A stretch of DNA of 59,946 nucleotides, taken from an uncultured Verrucomicrobiales bacterium (GTDB taxonomy: Bacteria > Verrucomicrobiota > Verrucomicrobiia > Verrucomicrobiales > DEV007). The position numbers were made by a program, and so were the translations under genes. The stretch spans positions 1-59,946 of the forward strand of contig CALKOM010000150.1 of assembly GCA_938091905.1 (NCBI GenBank), given 5' to 3'. The notes below the pieces were generated by a model. That model was not told the origin of the DNA. It saw nothing but the letters and a program-made list of their open reading frames with translations, and ran no database searches. Each line of letters begins with the position of its first letter. Position 1 is the first letter of the stretch. This document shows positions 20,052 through 30,717 of the stretch, piece after piece.

Positions 20052-22736
20052 TTAGACCTTCGACACCTTACACACATTGTCATACCAGTTCTGACCGCCG
20101 ACAAGAGGGCACGGATTTATGGGCAAGGCATCGTTGATTGCGACGCCCCCACCGATACCGCCACGGTCTTTCGACCACCAAATTCGGTTCGGCACGTCCG
20201 TGTCCTTCACCTCTTTCGAAATGCCATCTTTCGCAGGATCGGTAATCTTGTTTACACTGCGACCGACAGCGCCATGCTCCCAGTGCCCAGCGTGATGCGA
20301 ACAGGCTACGACTTTCGGATGCATGCCTTTGAGGAAACGAACGTGGTTGTTGAACGATCCCATGACACCGCCCTCTCCACCTCGATAGGTGTTCCCCTTT
20401 GGACGGAAGACATCGAGTTTCACTTCATCACCTTCCTGTAAACCGAGCGCCTTGCCAGTATCAGGATGCATGAAAACGGGATTCGTGTGCACGATCTCCG
20501 CATGGTACTTCCAATGACCTGAACGGCCCTGAGTGTGTACGTTCCATTTGAATGTGGTGAAGATGAAATTGTCCTCTTCAAGATTCTCGTGCTCAGGCAC
20601 CGTTCCCCAACGAGCAATCGGGCTGGCATTGATGTCATCAAGTGGAAGCCCGACGGCTTTCGCCGCCGTCGGGAAGATCTCGTCATAGATATCGATCACC
20701 TTGCTTGGCGTATTGAAACCACGCACGGCCTTGCCATCACGCATGATACCCACTGCCTTACCCGCTTTCATAACCCGGCCAGTCGTCTCTTCCACCGTTG
20801 TGTCCGCCAGTTCGGTATCTGTAAGAGGGCGCTCGTAGAGTTCGTAGTCTTTCTCCCGCTCTGTATCCCACCAGATGCCGCGCTTCTTAAAGTCTTCCCA
20901 GGGAATCGGCAGGTTCTTGTACCACTCCTTGTAGTAGGACTCCTCGTCCTCGAAGTCGAAGTAGGTCTCCATACCACCGCCAATCCTGCGCGCGAGGTCT
21001 CGTAAGATGATCTGAACTGACTTTGTCTCACCAGCCGGTTCAACCAAGGGTTGGCGCACGCCGGTGTAGGGCACCAAGCCATAGTTGTTCGTGGAATGAT
21101 GATCCCAGCGTTCCAAGCTGGTTGCCTCTGGCAGAATGATATCCGCAAGCGCACTCTGTTCGCCGTAGCCAATGTCGATGGCTACATGGAAAGGAATCAG
21201 CTCTTCATCTTTGAGCACCTCCCGAACCACATTCGCTTCAGGATAACCATAGGACGCACCTAAGGTGAAGGACATGTAGACACTCACCTTCTGCCGTTTC
21301 TCCTTAATATACGGATACACCAACTGACCTACGCGCATCTGGTACCAATGCCAGGCAAGTGGATACTCACTCGGCGTGGCTAGCTCTCCAAAGTACTTCT
21401 TTTTCCACTCTTCAGGGAAGTTAGAAACTCGATCTTGCACCTCCTGCGGCAGTTTCTTAAAGGCGACTTCATTGTAACCCTCACCGGTGCCCCAAGGCTT
21501 GGGATCGCTCGGCTTAGGACCAGGTTGACTCAGTTTGGGCAAGCCTTCTTGACCGTAGCGTCCCGCCCATCCTCGCAAGGAACTCAAACAGAATCCGCCT
21601 GGTTTGCCAACATTTCCCACAAGCACATCGAGCATGCGAATGGCCCGATCACTCTGCACTCCGTTGTAGTGCTTGGCCGATCCCCGGTTCGACATCGTGC
21701 AGCAAGCGGGTGCTGCCTTGGCGAACTCAATGGCGATACGCTCGATCTCTGCGGCAGGCACGCCACTGATGCTCTCGGCCCACGCAGGGGTGTACTCAGC
21801 CACTAACCGCCGCACTTCCGCTAGAGGAAAGTTTGCCCAACGTGCCCAGAATTCCTTATTCTCCAGGCCTTCCTTCAGGATGGTGTGGATCATGGCAAAG
21901 GCCACCGCGCCATCCGTGCCCGGCATGATTGGGAAATAATCGTCTGACACCGACGCCGTCGCCGAAGGACGCACTTCAAACGTCACCATCTTCGCCCCCT
22001 TATCCACACGGGCCGTTTGGATACGGTGCATCATGTAGAGACCACCCTGGTAGGCCTCCATTGGATTGCCTCCGAAGTTCATGATGTACTGCGTATTCTC
22101 AAAGTCCTGAGATTCCCACTCGAACTCGCGTCCGTAGTAACTCATCAGAGGAGCACGTCTGTTAGAACTACAAATCGCGCGGCGGTTCAAACGATGCGGA
22201 GTTCCAAACGCATTGGTAAACTTCTTCGTGTAGCCCTTCGTCTTATCGCGACCGTAGTGGAAAACGAACTCTTCATGACGACTTTCATCACGCAAAGGAC
22301 GGAGCTTTGCAGCAATCTCGTCATTCGCTTCGTCCCAGGAAATGCGCTTCCACTTGCCTTCTCCACGTTTCCCCACCCGTTTCAGAGGATACAGCAAACG
22401 CTCGGGGTAGTAGGTGTAGCTAATCATCCCCTGCGCTTTGGAACAAATCTTCCCTTTGCTATTCGGATCTAACGGATTGCCATCAATCCGCCGCACCCTA
22501 CCGTCCTGCACCCAACCTACCACACCACAGTGCGTCGTACAACCAAAGCAAATTGTCGGGATTGCTTTGGCCTTCGTGTAGTCGAGTTTGTTCGCAGTTA
22601 GCTTGGCGACGTCGATCGTCGGTGCGCCACCAACAATTCGCCGCACCAACGGCAAGCCTGTGGCACCAATTCCGAGAGCTGCAGCAGCACCTGCACCAAG
22701 CTTAAGAAGATCGCGTCTTGAAACGTTGTCAGCCAT
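20052..22736 (-). CDS. Tat-exported DMSO-reductase-family molybdoenzyme catalytic subunit (Psr/Phs/Arr/Ttr-like group)
   Basis: SRRDLLK Tat signal; CFGCTTHC...C FS0 motif; RLLYPLKR; ISWDEA; PGTDGA; ADIILPEATSLER; C-terminal MopB domain. Confidence 0.92.
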   Translation of the reverse strand: MADNVSRRDLLKLGAGAAAALGIGATGLPLVRRIVGGAPTIDVAKLTANKLDYTKAKAIPTICFGCTTHCGVVGWVQDGRVRRIDGNPLDPNSKGKICSKAQGMISYTYYPERLLYPLKRVGKRGEGKWKRISWDEANDEIAAKLRPLRDESRHEEFVFHYGRDKTKGYTKKFTNAFGTPHRLNRRAICSSNRRAPLMSYYGREFEWESQDFENTQYIMNFGGNPMEAYQGGLYMMHRIQTARVDKGAKMVTFEVRPSATASVSDDYFPIMPGTDGAVAFAMIHTILKEGLENKEFWARWANFPLAEVRRLVAEYTPAWAESISGVPAAEIERIAIEFAKAAPACCTMSNRGSAKHYNGVQSDRAIRMLDVLVGNVGKPGGFCLSSLRGWAGRYGQEGLPKLSQPGPKPSDPKPWGTGEGYNEVAFKKLPQEVQDRVSNFPEEWKKKYFGELATPSEYPLAWHWYQMRVGQLVYPYIKEKRQKVSVYMSFTLGASYGYPEANVVREVLKDEELIPFHVAIDIGYGEQSALADIILPEATSLERWDHHSTNNYGLVPYTGVRQPLVEPAGETKSVQIILRDLARRIGGGMETYFDFEDEESYYKEWYKNLPIPWEDFKKRGIWWDTEREKDYELYERPLTDTELADTTVEETTGRVMKAGKAVGIMRDGKAVRGFNTPSKVIDIYDEIFPTAAKAVGLPLDDINASPIARWGTVPEHENLEEDNFIFTTFKWNVHTQGRSGHWKYHAEIVHTNPVFMHPDTGKALGLQEGDEVKLDVFRPKGNTYRGGEGGVMGSFNNHVRFLKGMHPKVVACSHHAGHWEHGAVGRSVNKITDPAKDGISKEVKDTDVPNRIWWSKDRGGIGGGVAINDALPINPCPLVGGQNWYDNVCKVSKV

Positions 22737-22759
22737 GGGATTACAGAAATTAGAAAAAG

Positions 22760-23533
22760 TTAGAAGAAGAGAGATTGACCATCAGTGATCAGCCAGGCGC
22801 GCAGAACGAAGCTACCCACCAAGATGCTCAAGCTCGCCAAGGCACCAGCCGCGCGGTCTAGAAGAGCGAAAGGAATCAACACACTGGTCAGGAGCGCCAG
22901 AATCGCTAAGAGCGAAAACGCTTTCGCCACAACTAACAACGACACTAACAGAAGACCAAGGATCACCAGCAAGACTTTCTCCCCAGCTCTGCGATTGAGC
23001 GACCAGGCTTCCCGTGTTCCTGAAAGTAAGGAACTGGCAGCAAAGCCCGCGCGCACTCCTGACAATGCGATCAATGGAACGATGATCCAGGTATTCCACA
23101 AAGCCATCGCTTTTCCCTGCATGAGAACAAACCCGGGATAGATCGCCAGCGCCAACGCCAAGAGACGCAGCACCCACAAGGCTGCGAACTCGGCACTCGT
23201 CGCACTTCCCGTGCTCTTGCCTCGATATAGCGTCCAACAGAAGATAGCGACCAGACTGAAACTCGTGACGATGCGCGCGCCCCAAGCAATTGCCGAAGTT
23301 GGATTGGCCTTAGTTAGGATGAGAAAAAACTCAGATGGGTTGGCCAGATCAGCCACCAAAAAGAGCACACCAAAGCCAATCGCAAAGATCGACAGAATGA
23401 GACTACGTTTCCCGACGGCGAAGGCGTCAGGGGCGCTGCGATGCAACATCAAACTCGCCACCATCGCACTGCCCGCCGCAATTCCCGCCAAGAAGAGATA
23501 GATGATGATCTGAAATCCAAAGGGAGCGCTCAT
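22760..23533 (-). CDS. NrfD/PsrC-family membrane anchor
   Basis: IIIYLFLAGIAAG, LVADLANP..F, TSAIAWG; about 8 hydrophobic segments. Confidence 0.88.
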   Translation of the reverse strand: MSAPFGFQIIIYLFLAGIAAGSAMVASLMLHRSAPDAFAVGKRSLILSIFAIGFGVLFLVADLANPSEFFLILTKANPTSAIAWGARIVTSFSLVAIFCWTLYRGKSTGSATSAEFAALWVLRLLALALAIYPGFVLMQGKAMALWNTWIIVPLIALSGVRAGFAASSLLSGTREAWSLNRRAGEKVLLVILGLLLVSLLVVAKAFSLLAILALLTSVLIPFALLDRAAGALASLSILVGSFVLRAWLITDGQSLFF

Positions 23534-23540
23534 GGTTCCG

Positions 23541-24230
23541 TTAGACTTTGGGTTTCAGGTTATTCTGCTCGTAGATGACGTCCTCATCAGCAGGACTCAA
23601 CTGCACACCCAAGTTAGACTTGGGCTCCATCCACGCCTCATGATCCACATAGAGCACAGACGGCTCCGTCCCAGCATCCTCCTTGAACGCTTTCGCATTC
23701 TTCGCCTTCGCCACTATTGTCACTGGATCGTCAGGGTTTTCCAAGTCACCGAACCGGATAGCATCTGTCGGACAAGAAGACACACAAGCAGGCTCCAGCC
23801 CAAGTTCAGTGCGGTGCGTGCAGAAATCACATTTCTCAGCTTTGTTAGACTCATCGTTGATAAAGATGGCTCCGTAAGGGCAAGCTGACACACAGGCCTT
23901 ATTTCCGCAGCACTTCTCATCATCAATGACCACCCGCCCATCCTCAAGTCGCCCAATCGCCTCGGTTGGACACGCATTCAGACAAGGAGCATCCTGACAT
24001 TGCATGCAAACAAGTGGCAGGAACGAAAGCGTCGCTTTGTCAGGACGCTCCAAGTACCGAACGCGCATGCGAAAGTCACCTAGCGGCACTTCGTGCTCCG
24101 TCTTACAAGACACGCTGCACGAATGACATCCAGTACAACGGTTCAGATCAATGAGCATGAAGGCTCGTTTGTAGTCGAGACGATGCTCGGGGCCGACTTT
24201 CTCCCAAGGGATAGCTGGTAATTCAGGCAT
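23541..24230 (-). CDS. Four-cluster Fe-S subunit (PsrB/NrfC/DmsB family)
   Basis: CTGCHSCSVSC, CMQCQDAPCLNACP, CCGNKACVSACP, CDFC...PACVSSCP; start placed at ATG 24230. Confidence 0.93.
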   Translation of the reverse strand: MPELPAIPWEKVGPEHRLDYKRAFMLIDLNRCTGCHSCSVSCKTEHEVPLGDFRMRVRYLERPDKATLSFLPLVCMQCQDAPCLNACPTEAIGRLEDGRVVIDDEKCCGNKACVSACPYGAIFINDESNKAEKCDFCTHRTELGLEPACVSSCPTDAIRFGDLENPDDPVTIVAKAKNAKAFKEDAGTEPSVLYVDHEAWMEPKSNLGVQLSPADEDVIYEQNNLKPKV

Positions 24231-24580
24231 AGGCACAGGGCTGGAGATCAAGTGATGGAATACTCGCCGCGAATATCCCGCGAAACGGTAAGAGAGCGCC
24301 GGGACACAACGCCGTAGACAGGGACTTTCCTGAGCAGCCCCTACGAGATGAAGAACGAGAATGGACGCTGACCAGCGCCCGAGACGGCACGGCGTCAACC
24401 ATGGGTGCTCCTCGGGTTCAGACGGTTACTGAAGTCAAGGGCTCTCAAAAGCACAAAAACTGGCGAGCAGAGCACTCCAGTCAAGACGAAAGCCGCCTGG
24501 AACACACTAAACTCATTCTGGTGAATATTCGTCAGCTCGGGCCCGTCTATCTCCTGCAGTCCTCTAACCACCGCATAGCC

Positions 24581-24907
24581 ATGATCATGTCTACCCTCTT
24601 AAAGCTCAGTCACAAGCTCACCAGACTTGGTTCCACTCTCACACTCCTTAGCCTAGGAGGTACCAGTCTCGTTTTCACCTCATGCACCACCGAAGAAGGA
24701 GTCATCGCCGGCGCCCTCGCTGGTGCGGCTATTGGCGGCATCGTCGGCCACTCCCAGGAACACAACTGCAAACGCAGCAAGCGCCACTACCACAACGGCT
24801 ACGGCTACGGCTACAACAACGTCCCTCGCCGCAATTCCTATCGCGGCGCCCGTTATTCCTCCTATCGAGTAAACAGTTACGCCGCCGATCCCTACCGCTA
24901 CTACTAG
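24581..24907 (+). CDS. Small glycine-zipper lipoprotein with Tyr/Arg-rich tail
   Basis: Lipobox-like VFTSC, GVIAGALAGAAIGGIVG. Confidence 0.7.
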   Translation: MIMSTLLKLSHKLTRLGSTLTLLSLGGTSLVFTSCTTEEGVIAGALAGAAIGGIVGHSQEHNCKRSKRHYHNGYGYGYNNVPRRNSYRGARYSSYRVNSYAADPYRYY

Positions 24908-25238
24908 CAGAACCGAAAGATCCACCCGACCACACGCCGCTGAGTGATTAGCTACACTGTTTTTGCTCATTCCTGAGATCAGGCTGTGGTTCTGCGGACT
25001 CTGAATCAACGCTGGCAGCTCTATCACTAACACATACAGGCGATCGACAGCGGTCAAAGTGAAGAAGACCCTTTGATGAACACTCTCGATTCGTGGGCAA
25101 CATTTGCATCTACCAAGATCAACATTGCCGCGTTCTTGGCAGCAAGCCGCTGGACGATCTATAAAACGCCGCATTCCGATGGAGTTACACCGGCCAGAAC
25201 TGCCGATCCCATTCTGCATACAACCCCTTGACCATGAA

Positions 25239-25314
25239 TGGAGCCAGAAGTCGGACTCGAACCGACGACCGACTGATTACAAATCAGTTGCTCTACCAAC
25301 TGAGCTATTCTGGC
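25239..25314 (-). tRNA. tRNA-Thr (TGT)
   Basis: Reverse complement GCCAGAATAGCTCAGTTGGTAGAGCAACTGATTTGTAATCAGTCGGTCGTCGGTTCGAGTCCGACTTCTGGCTCCA: 76 nt, cloverleaf, encoded CCA. Confidence 0.97.
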
Positions 25315-25494
25315 TAATTCCGGTCAGGAAGGACGCTAGGATGGACCCGGTGGTTCGGTTTTCAAGTGGATTCTCGCGGGAGAAGCCGCCTGGATGCTGA
25401 CGATGGATCGAATTGGGATTGAGTTCGGCAATGACAAGGTTTCTTAATAATTCACTGAATATAATATGGTAATTAGAAAAATTCACCATGCCGT

Positions 25495-28346
25495 ATGCCC
25501 TGTCTTATATCCACTAGTGGCCATCTGTTGGAGTTTCGGAAATTTCCGAGCCGCTTCGGTACATACACGGATAATGAGCTCGTCGTTCAAGACGGATTAG
25601 GGGGCCTTGGTCACCATTTCACGCTGCGTCGCGAGGGAGTTCGCATCGTCATTGAGGCCACCCCGAAGGCAGTGACAGCTGTCAATGGGAACGATGTCCG
25701 CCGTGCAAATATCCGTGATGGGGACCGCATTCGAGTGGGTCAGCTGATGCTGATCCACTCCAACCCAAGCGGGCAGCAAAATCACCTGGTTGGCCGACTG
25801 GACGCTGAAAAACCGGTTGCCCTTCCAGCTCCAGAAGCTTGGGTCCTTCCAGCGCCCGCAACTTCACGCCATACACTCCCTCCAACATCCGCATCACCCA
25901 CAAGTGGGCAAAAAACTACTTCGTCTGCACGAGGGGCACTCCAGTCGCCTCAAATAGCCACCCATAGCCTCCCCAAACGAAAGTATACCCTTCCAATAGA
26001 TCCCAGCAGCATCACAAGAGCATTATCCATACGCACAGCAAGGAACGGAATCAACTCCCAAGACACCAATATCATCAACCTCGAACACGCCGACACAGGC
26101 TGTTTCTGAGGGCATTCCAACCGAATCAGAGACGACTCCAAGCCAAAGTTTCATGGCTTGGGCGAAAGAGGCTGCCGACGCGAAAGTTTCCCCATTTGCT
26201 GAGCAAGTGTCCGAAGCAATCTCCGCCCACGAAACAGCCTCGCCCCTGAGTGAAGTGGCGGTTCCGACATCAAATCATACCCATACGAGGATCCCAGCAA
26301 GCTCTCCGGCGACGGCAACACCAAGCACCTCAACGCCAAGGACGTCCTATCACAATCCCTTCATATCAGGCAGCTCCTGATAATCCCTTCGCCAATTCCG
26401 TGGTCCAGAGCGGAGGGGCACCACACGCTGGGGCTAGCCCCGCCCAGGCGCCACGAGAAGCAACACAACAGCCAGCAAACCCATTTGCAGAGGCAGCCAA
26501 GGAAGACCTTGCCGCAGTGTTCTTTCAGCCAGACGAGGACGCCGAAGATCTCGCCGACATTTTCCTCCAGGATGAAACTACCCACAAGCAACCAGCAGAG
26601 CCTGAGCCGGTACCGAGTGAGGACATTCCAGATATCCCAAAAATTTCCGAGGCCGAGAAAGTCGGCGCCATCGCCGAAGCCCCTGAGTTGCCTGCCAAGG
26701 ACATCAATCCCATTGGCTCAGTCTTGAACAAAAGAAAGCAACCGCCAGCACCGCCTCCACCTGCAAATCCCGTCGAATCTAAGGCCCTGGAGCCAACCAG
26801 GAAATCAAGCTTGCTCAAAGAGAAAAAGGCCACCAAGCCAAAGCAAAAGAAGAACATTACTGACACGATGGAGAGCCGGTTAACTAGCACCACGCTACAA
26901 CCAAAGTACCGGTTGCAGATCCCTTGGCACAAAGTGGTGATCTTTCTTTGCCTAGTATTCGCTGGCGCTGGAGCTTATCTCGCGACCAGTGGCCAGTGGC
27001 AACTGGCCAGTCTTACGTCGACAAATACATGTCACTGCTAGGCTTGAAGTCTGATCCTGCTCATCACAGTTACCTCACTCGCTTCGCCGACGCCTCAACT
27101 AACATGTTACTTACGACGGATGCAGATAAGATCGTCGGGTTCTACCGCAAGTGGGCTTCGGAAGAGAACTGGGTAACAGTAGGAGATCTCGAGACGAAAC
27201 TTGGGAAATGGGCAACCGAGCTACGTCTTTCCGATCTCGACCATGTCAGTATCGCCACCAATCACGAGGGCAACTTCGTCGCTCTGATATCGACCTATGC
27301 AGATCTAAACCGGCAAGACTTGATGCGCTACTTGGGTCGGGGAGTATTGGTTTCCGAGCGCCGTGGACCAGTGACGATTCACGAAGGCTTTGTCGGCAAC
27401 AGCCAGCCAGTGAAATTTGCTACCCTCAATCCAAAAACGATGGTCATCGGTGATCCTACCATGATCATACAATTCATCAGCGCTCCCATCGTAACCCCAG
27501 CGGGTCCACCGGAAGATCACCCCACAGTTGCACTATCGAAATCTTATAAAAACCTTCTAGGATTCTATTACAAAGGCCACGGGCCCCATACGATCGCAGA
27601 CTGGTTTTCTGGTCCGCTCAAGCCCTCGATTGATCGACTACTTGGATTCATTACAACCGATGCCGCAGACGAGACTCATCTTCTCGCCCAAATCGGAGGC
27701 GATCTACGAGTAGAGGAAACGTTCACATTTAACGAGAAAAGCGATGCCGAAACCTTTGCCAAGGACTGGCCAAGGCGCTCCGATCGCCAATTAGGGATCT
27801 TGATGGACCTCTTAGGCTCTCGCGCTCCTCGCTCCTCGCTCCTTCGACGGCGTCGCAAAAGATCTCGATCAATGTACGATAACGACACCTGGCGATGGAG
27901 CCGAAGTGGTCTTAGCGACTACGAATCGTTGGGCTACTCTCGGATCAGGCGCTCTGAAAGATACGCTCGTGCATATGGTAGAGTCCCTTCAGCAGAATCG
28001 CCCGGTCGAGCAGACGCCAAGCCTAATATCTCCAGAAGAAACTCAAGCACGCGCGCTCGCCCAACAGATTGCCGAGAAGTGCGATCTCGCGATGACAAAG
28101 AACTCACCCGACGTGACTCAAGGGCAAGACATTTCCAAGCTGATCACCGCATTGAGCCGCGGAGTGAAGGGCTCTGGCGTCTACCGCAATGTGTCCTACC
28201 GCGTTGCTGGCGCAAAAAAGATACGCTGCCGTCTGCCTCAACTACTTGAGTGGCAAAATGGCCAATTGAAGATGGTGTTAAAGGATGCGCCAGTGGTAGA
28301 GATTGAGAACGACGACCAAGCGATGGCCGCGAAGGACGACGAGTAG
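25495..28346 (+). pseudogene. Frameshifted gene for an FHA-like domain / Pro-rich linker / TM / extracytoplasmic domain protein
   Basis: Five overlapping ORFs read as one protein after shifts near 25995, 26365, 27005 and 27830; N-terminal VNG...IRDGDRIRVG resembles FHA. Confidence 0.7.
27823..27843 (+). repeat. Heptanucleotide tandem repeat (CGCTCCT)x3
   Basis: Three exact copies; removing one joins ORF 26924 to ORF 27906 in frame. Confidence 0.9.
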
Positions 28347-28426
28347 AAGGTCGAGCCGGGACACCAAATATCGCTGATTCTGAGGAGACTCTTGACCTTG
28401 GAGGACGTTTCGCCTAAGCCTGGGCC

Positions 28427-29557
28427 ATGCAACGGCTGACTCTTACACTTGTTTCTCTCATGGCTAGTTTGAACATCTCCCAAGGCGCTGACCCATCGAT
28501 CACGAAGAAGCCCTTCGGTGAATTGGATGGCAAAGCCGTCACTGAATACACGCTCACGAATGCGAACGGCATTTCTGCAGAGATCCTCGATCTGGGTGGT
28601 ATCGTGCGCCGTGTCCACGTGCCAGACCGCGATGGCAAGATGGGCGACGTGGTCTTGGGTTGTAAGGATGTCGCTTCTTACATGAAAGACAGCCCCTACT
28701 TTGGCTGCATCACGGGGCGCTATGCGAATCGCATTGCCAAAGGAAAATTCACGCTCAACGGCAAGACTTACACATTAGCGACGAACAATGATCCTAACCA
28801 TCTACACGGAGGTGAGGTGGGTTTCAATAAGAAGATCTGGAAAGCGGAAGCGCTCGTGAAAGAAGGCGAACCCACACTTGTCCTAAGCTACTCGTCTCCC
28901 GATGGCGAGGAAGGCTACCCGGGCAACCTCAGCAGCGTGGTCACTTACAGCCTAACGAAAGACAATGGGCTCAAGATCCAGTACAAGGCGACAACCGATA
29001 AGGCAACGGTGCTCAATCTCACGCACCACGGTTACTGGAACCTAGCTGGACATGATAGCGGCAAGACGGTGCTCGATCACGAGCTCCAACTGCACTGTGA
29101 CGCGTTTACCCCAACAGACGCGACTGCTATCCCAACCGGCGAGATGCGCAAGGTCGCCGGTACGCCCTTTGACTTTACCAAGCCCCACAAGATCGGGGAA
29201 CGTATCGGTGCCGAGAATCAGCAAATCACTTATGGCAAAGGCTATGATCACAACTTTGTCATCAACGGGAAAGGCGGCACTCTGCGGCCCGTCGCCAAGG
29301 TAGTCGATCAAGGAAGCGGCCGGGTCATGGAGGTGCATTCATCCGATCACGGCGTGCAGCTCTACACAGGTAATTTCCTAGAAGGTGCCTTCACCGGAAA
29401 GGATGGTCAAGTCTATCAACAACGCCAAGGCCTCTGCCTAGAGTGCCAGCGTCATCCAGATTCTCCTAACCAGTCTGAATTTCCAACCGCCGAGCTCAAC
29501 CCAGGCGAAACTTACGAGAAAACCACCATCTATCGGTTCTCCACTCAGGGAAAGTAG
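28427..29557 (+). CDS. galM: Aldose 1-epimerase (mutarotase), with signal peptide
   Basis: GRYANRI, NHLHGG, EEGYPG, NLTHHGYWNL, GYDHNF, QLYTGNFL, CLECQ. Confidence 0.95.
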   Translation: MQRLTLTLVSLMASLNISQGADPSITKKPFGELDGKAVTEYTLTNANGISAEILDLGGIVRRVHVPDRDGKMGDVVLGCKDVASYMKDSPYFGCITGRYANRIAKGKFTLNGKTYTLATNNDPNHLHGGEVGFNKKIWKAEALVKEGEPTLVLSYSSPDGEEGYPGNLSSVVTYSLTKDNGLKIQYKATTDKATVLNLTHHGYWNLAGHDSGKTVLDHELQLHCDAFTPTDATAIPTGEMRKVAGTPFDFTKPHKIGERIGAENQQITYGKGYDHNFVINGKGGTLRPVAKVVDQGSGRVMEVHSSDHGVQLYTGNFLEGAFTGKDGQVYQQRQGLCLECQRHPDSPNQSEFPTAELNPGETYEKTTIYRFSTQGK

Positions 29558-29583
29558 GGTTTTACTTGAGGGCGAGCTAGGCC

Positions 29584-30453
29584 ATGCGCATCGTCGTCCT
29601 CGGAGATCTTCACTTCTACCAATTGGCCATCTGGCCGTGGCAACTCTTCTCCAAGAGGCTTCTTGGGCAAGCAAACCTGTGGCTAAATCGGCGGCGCCAT
29701 TTCAAGCCATCGCTGTGGCCTTCGGTGCGAGATCAGGTTCTAGTCCGAGCACCAGACGCCCTTCTCTGTTCGGGAGATTTTACGACCACAGCACTGCCTG
29801 GGGAGTTCAGAACGGCAAGCACTGCTTGGGCAGGTCTCGTTGAGAAGTTGAAGCCCTGCGCGGGTGCCTTCGTCGTGCCAGGAAACCACGATCGCTATAC
29901 CTTCGCCTCTGCTCGCAAGCACCTATTCGAGGCAGCCTTTGGCCAATGGACGAGTCGGGAATGGCCGACCCAACGGATGCTAGGGGATCGCACGCACTTG
30001 ATCGGACTAGACCCGACAAGACCAAATCCATTCAACGCCAGTGGTCATTTGGGGGATGAGCAACTTTCGAAACTTCGAACCTGCCTCCAAGAGGTTCCAG
30101 TAGGGCATCGGATATTAATCCTTTGCCACTACCCGATCGGGACGCCAGAAGAACTATCAGACGAAGAGGCAGGTCACGGATTGCAAGACACCACTGCGTT
30201 GATCAAGGCTCTAGCGGCATCGGGACGACCAATCACCTACATCCACGGGCACATTCACTGGCCCTGGAAATGGACACCTCCAAGCGCCCCCAACGTCATC
30301 GCCATCAATGCCGGTGCCCCCATGCTCATCAGCAACCGTTACCCGCAGGGTCAGGGATTCCTAGAGATTGAAATTCCAGACGAAAGCGGCGAGGCAGAAT
30401 ACAGCCGACAGGAGCCTGACGGAGAAGGTGGCTGGCAAAACGCTTCCCCTTGA
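29584..30453 (+). CDS. Calcineurin-like metallophosphoesterase
   Basis: GDLH, SGDFT, PGNHD, CHYP, HGHIH. Confidence 0.92.
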   Translation: MRIVVLGDLHFYQLAIWPWQLFSKRLLGQANLWLNRRRHFKPSLWPSVRDQVLVRAPDALLCSGDFTTTALPGEFRTASTAWAGLVEKLKPCAGAFVVPGNHDRYTFASARKHLFEAAFGQWTSREWPTQRMLGDRTHLIGLDPTRPNPFNASGHLGDEQLSKLRTCLQEVPVGHRILILCHYPIGTPEELSDEEAGHGLQDTTALIKALAASGRPITYIHGHIHWPWKWTPPSAPNVIAINAGAPMLISNRYPQGQGFLEIEIPDESGEAEYSRQEPDGEGGWQNASP

Positions 30454-30717
30454 CCTTGTAGGCGGTCCCCAGGGCCGGTTCGCCAGATCGCAACGGAATC
30501 GTCACAGACGAAAGCTTGGCTCCAGCGCCGACATCCTCACGAAAGCGCGCTTTTCTAAGGCCCCAAAGGCGGAAAGACTTTACAACAGCTCAGTGGATTC
30601 CACATGGTTCCCCACCTAAATTGTGATGCTGCGCCGGTGGAAGATCGCTGGAATAGCCCCGTCAGCTCAGTGCTCCACCCTCTGAATTCATCCCTCAACA
30701 CCCTAAAAACCCGATCC

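Noticed and set aside
20052..22736. Selenocysteine in the molybdoenzyme
   Set aside because: Frame has no internal TGA; presumed ligand is an ordinary Cys
24231..24580. Extended N-termini of the Fe-S subunit and lipoprotein ORFs meeting head to head
   Set aside because: Extensions lack family features; better read as a divergent promoter region
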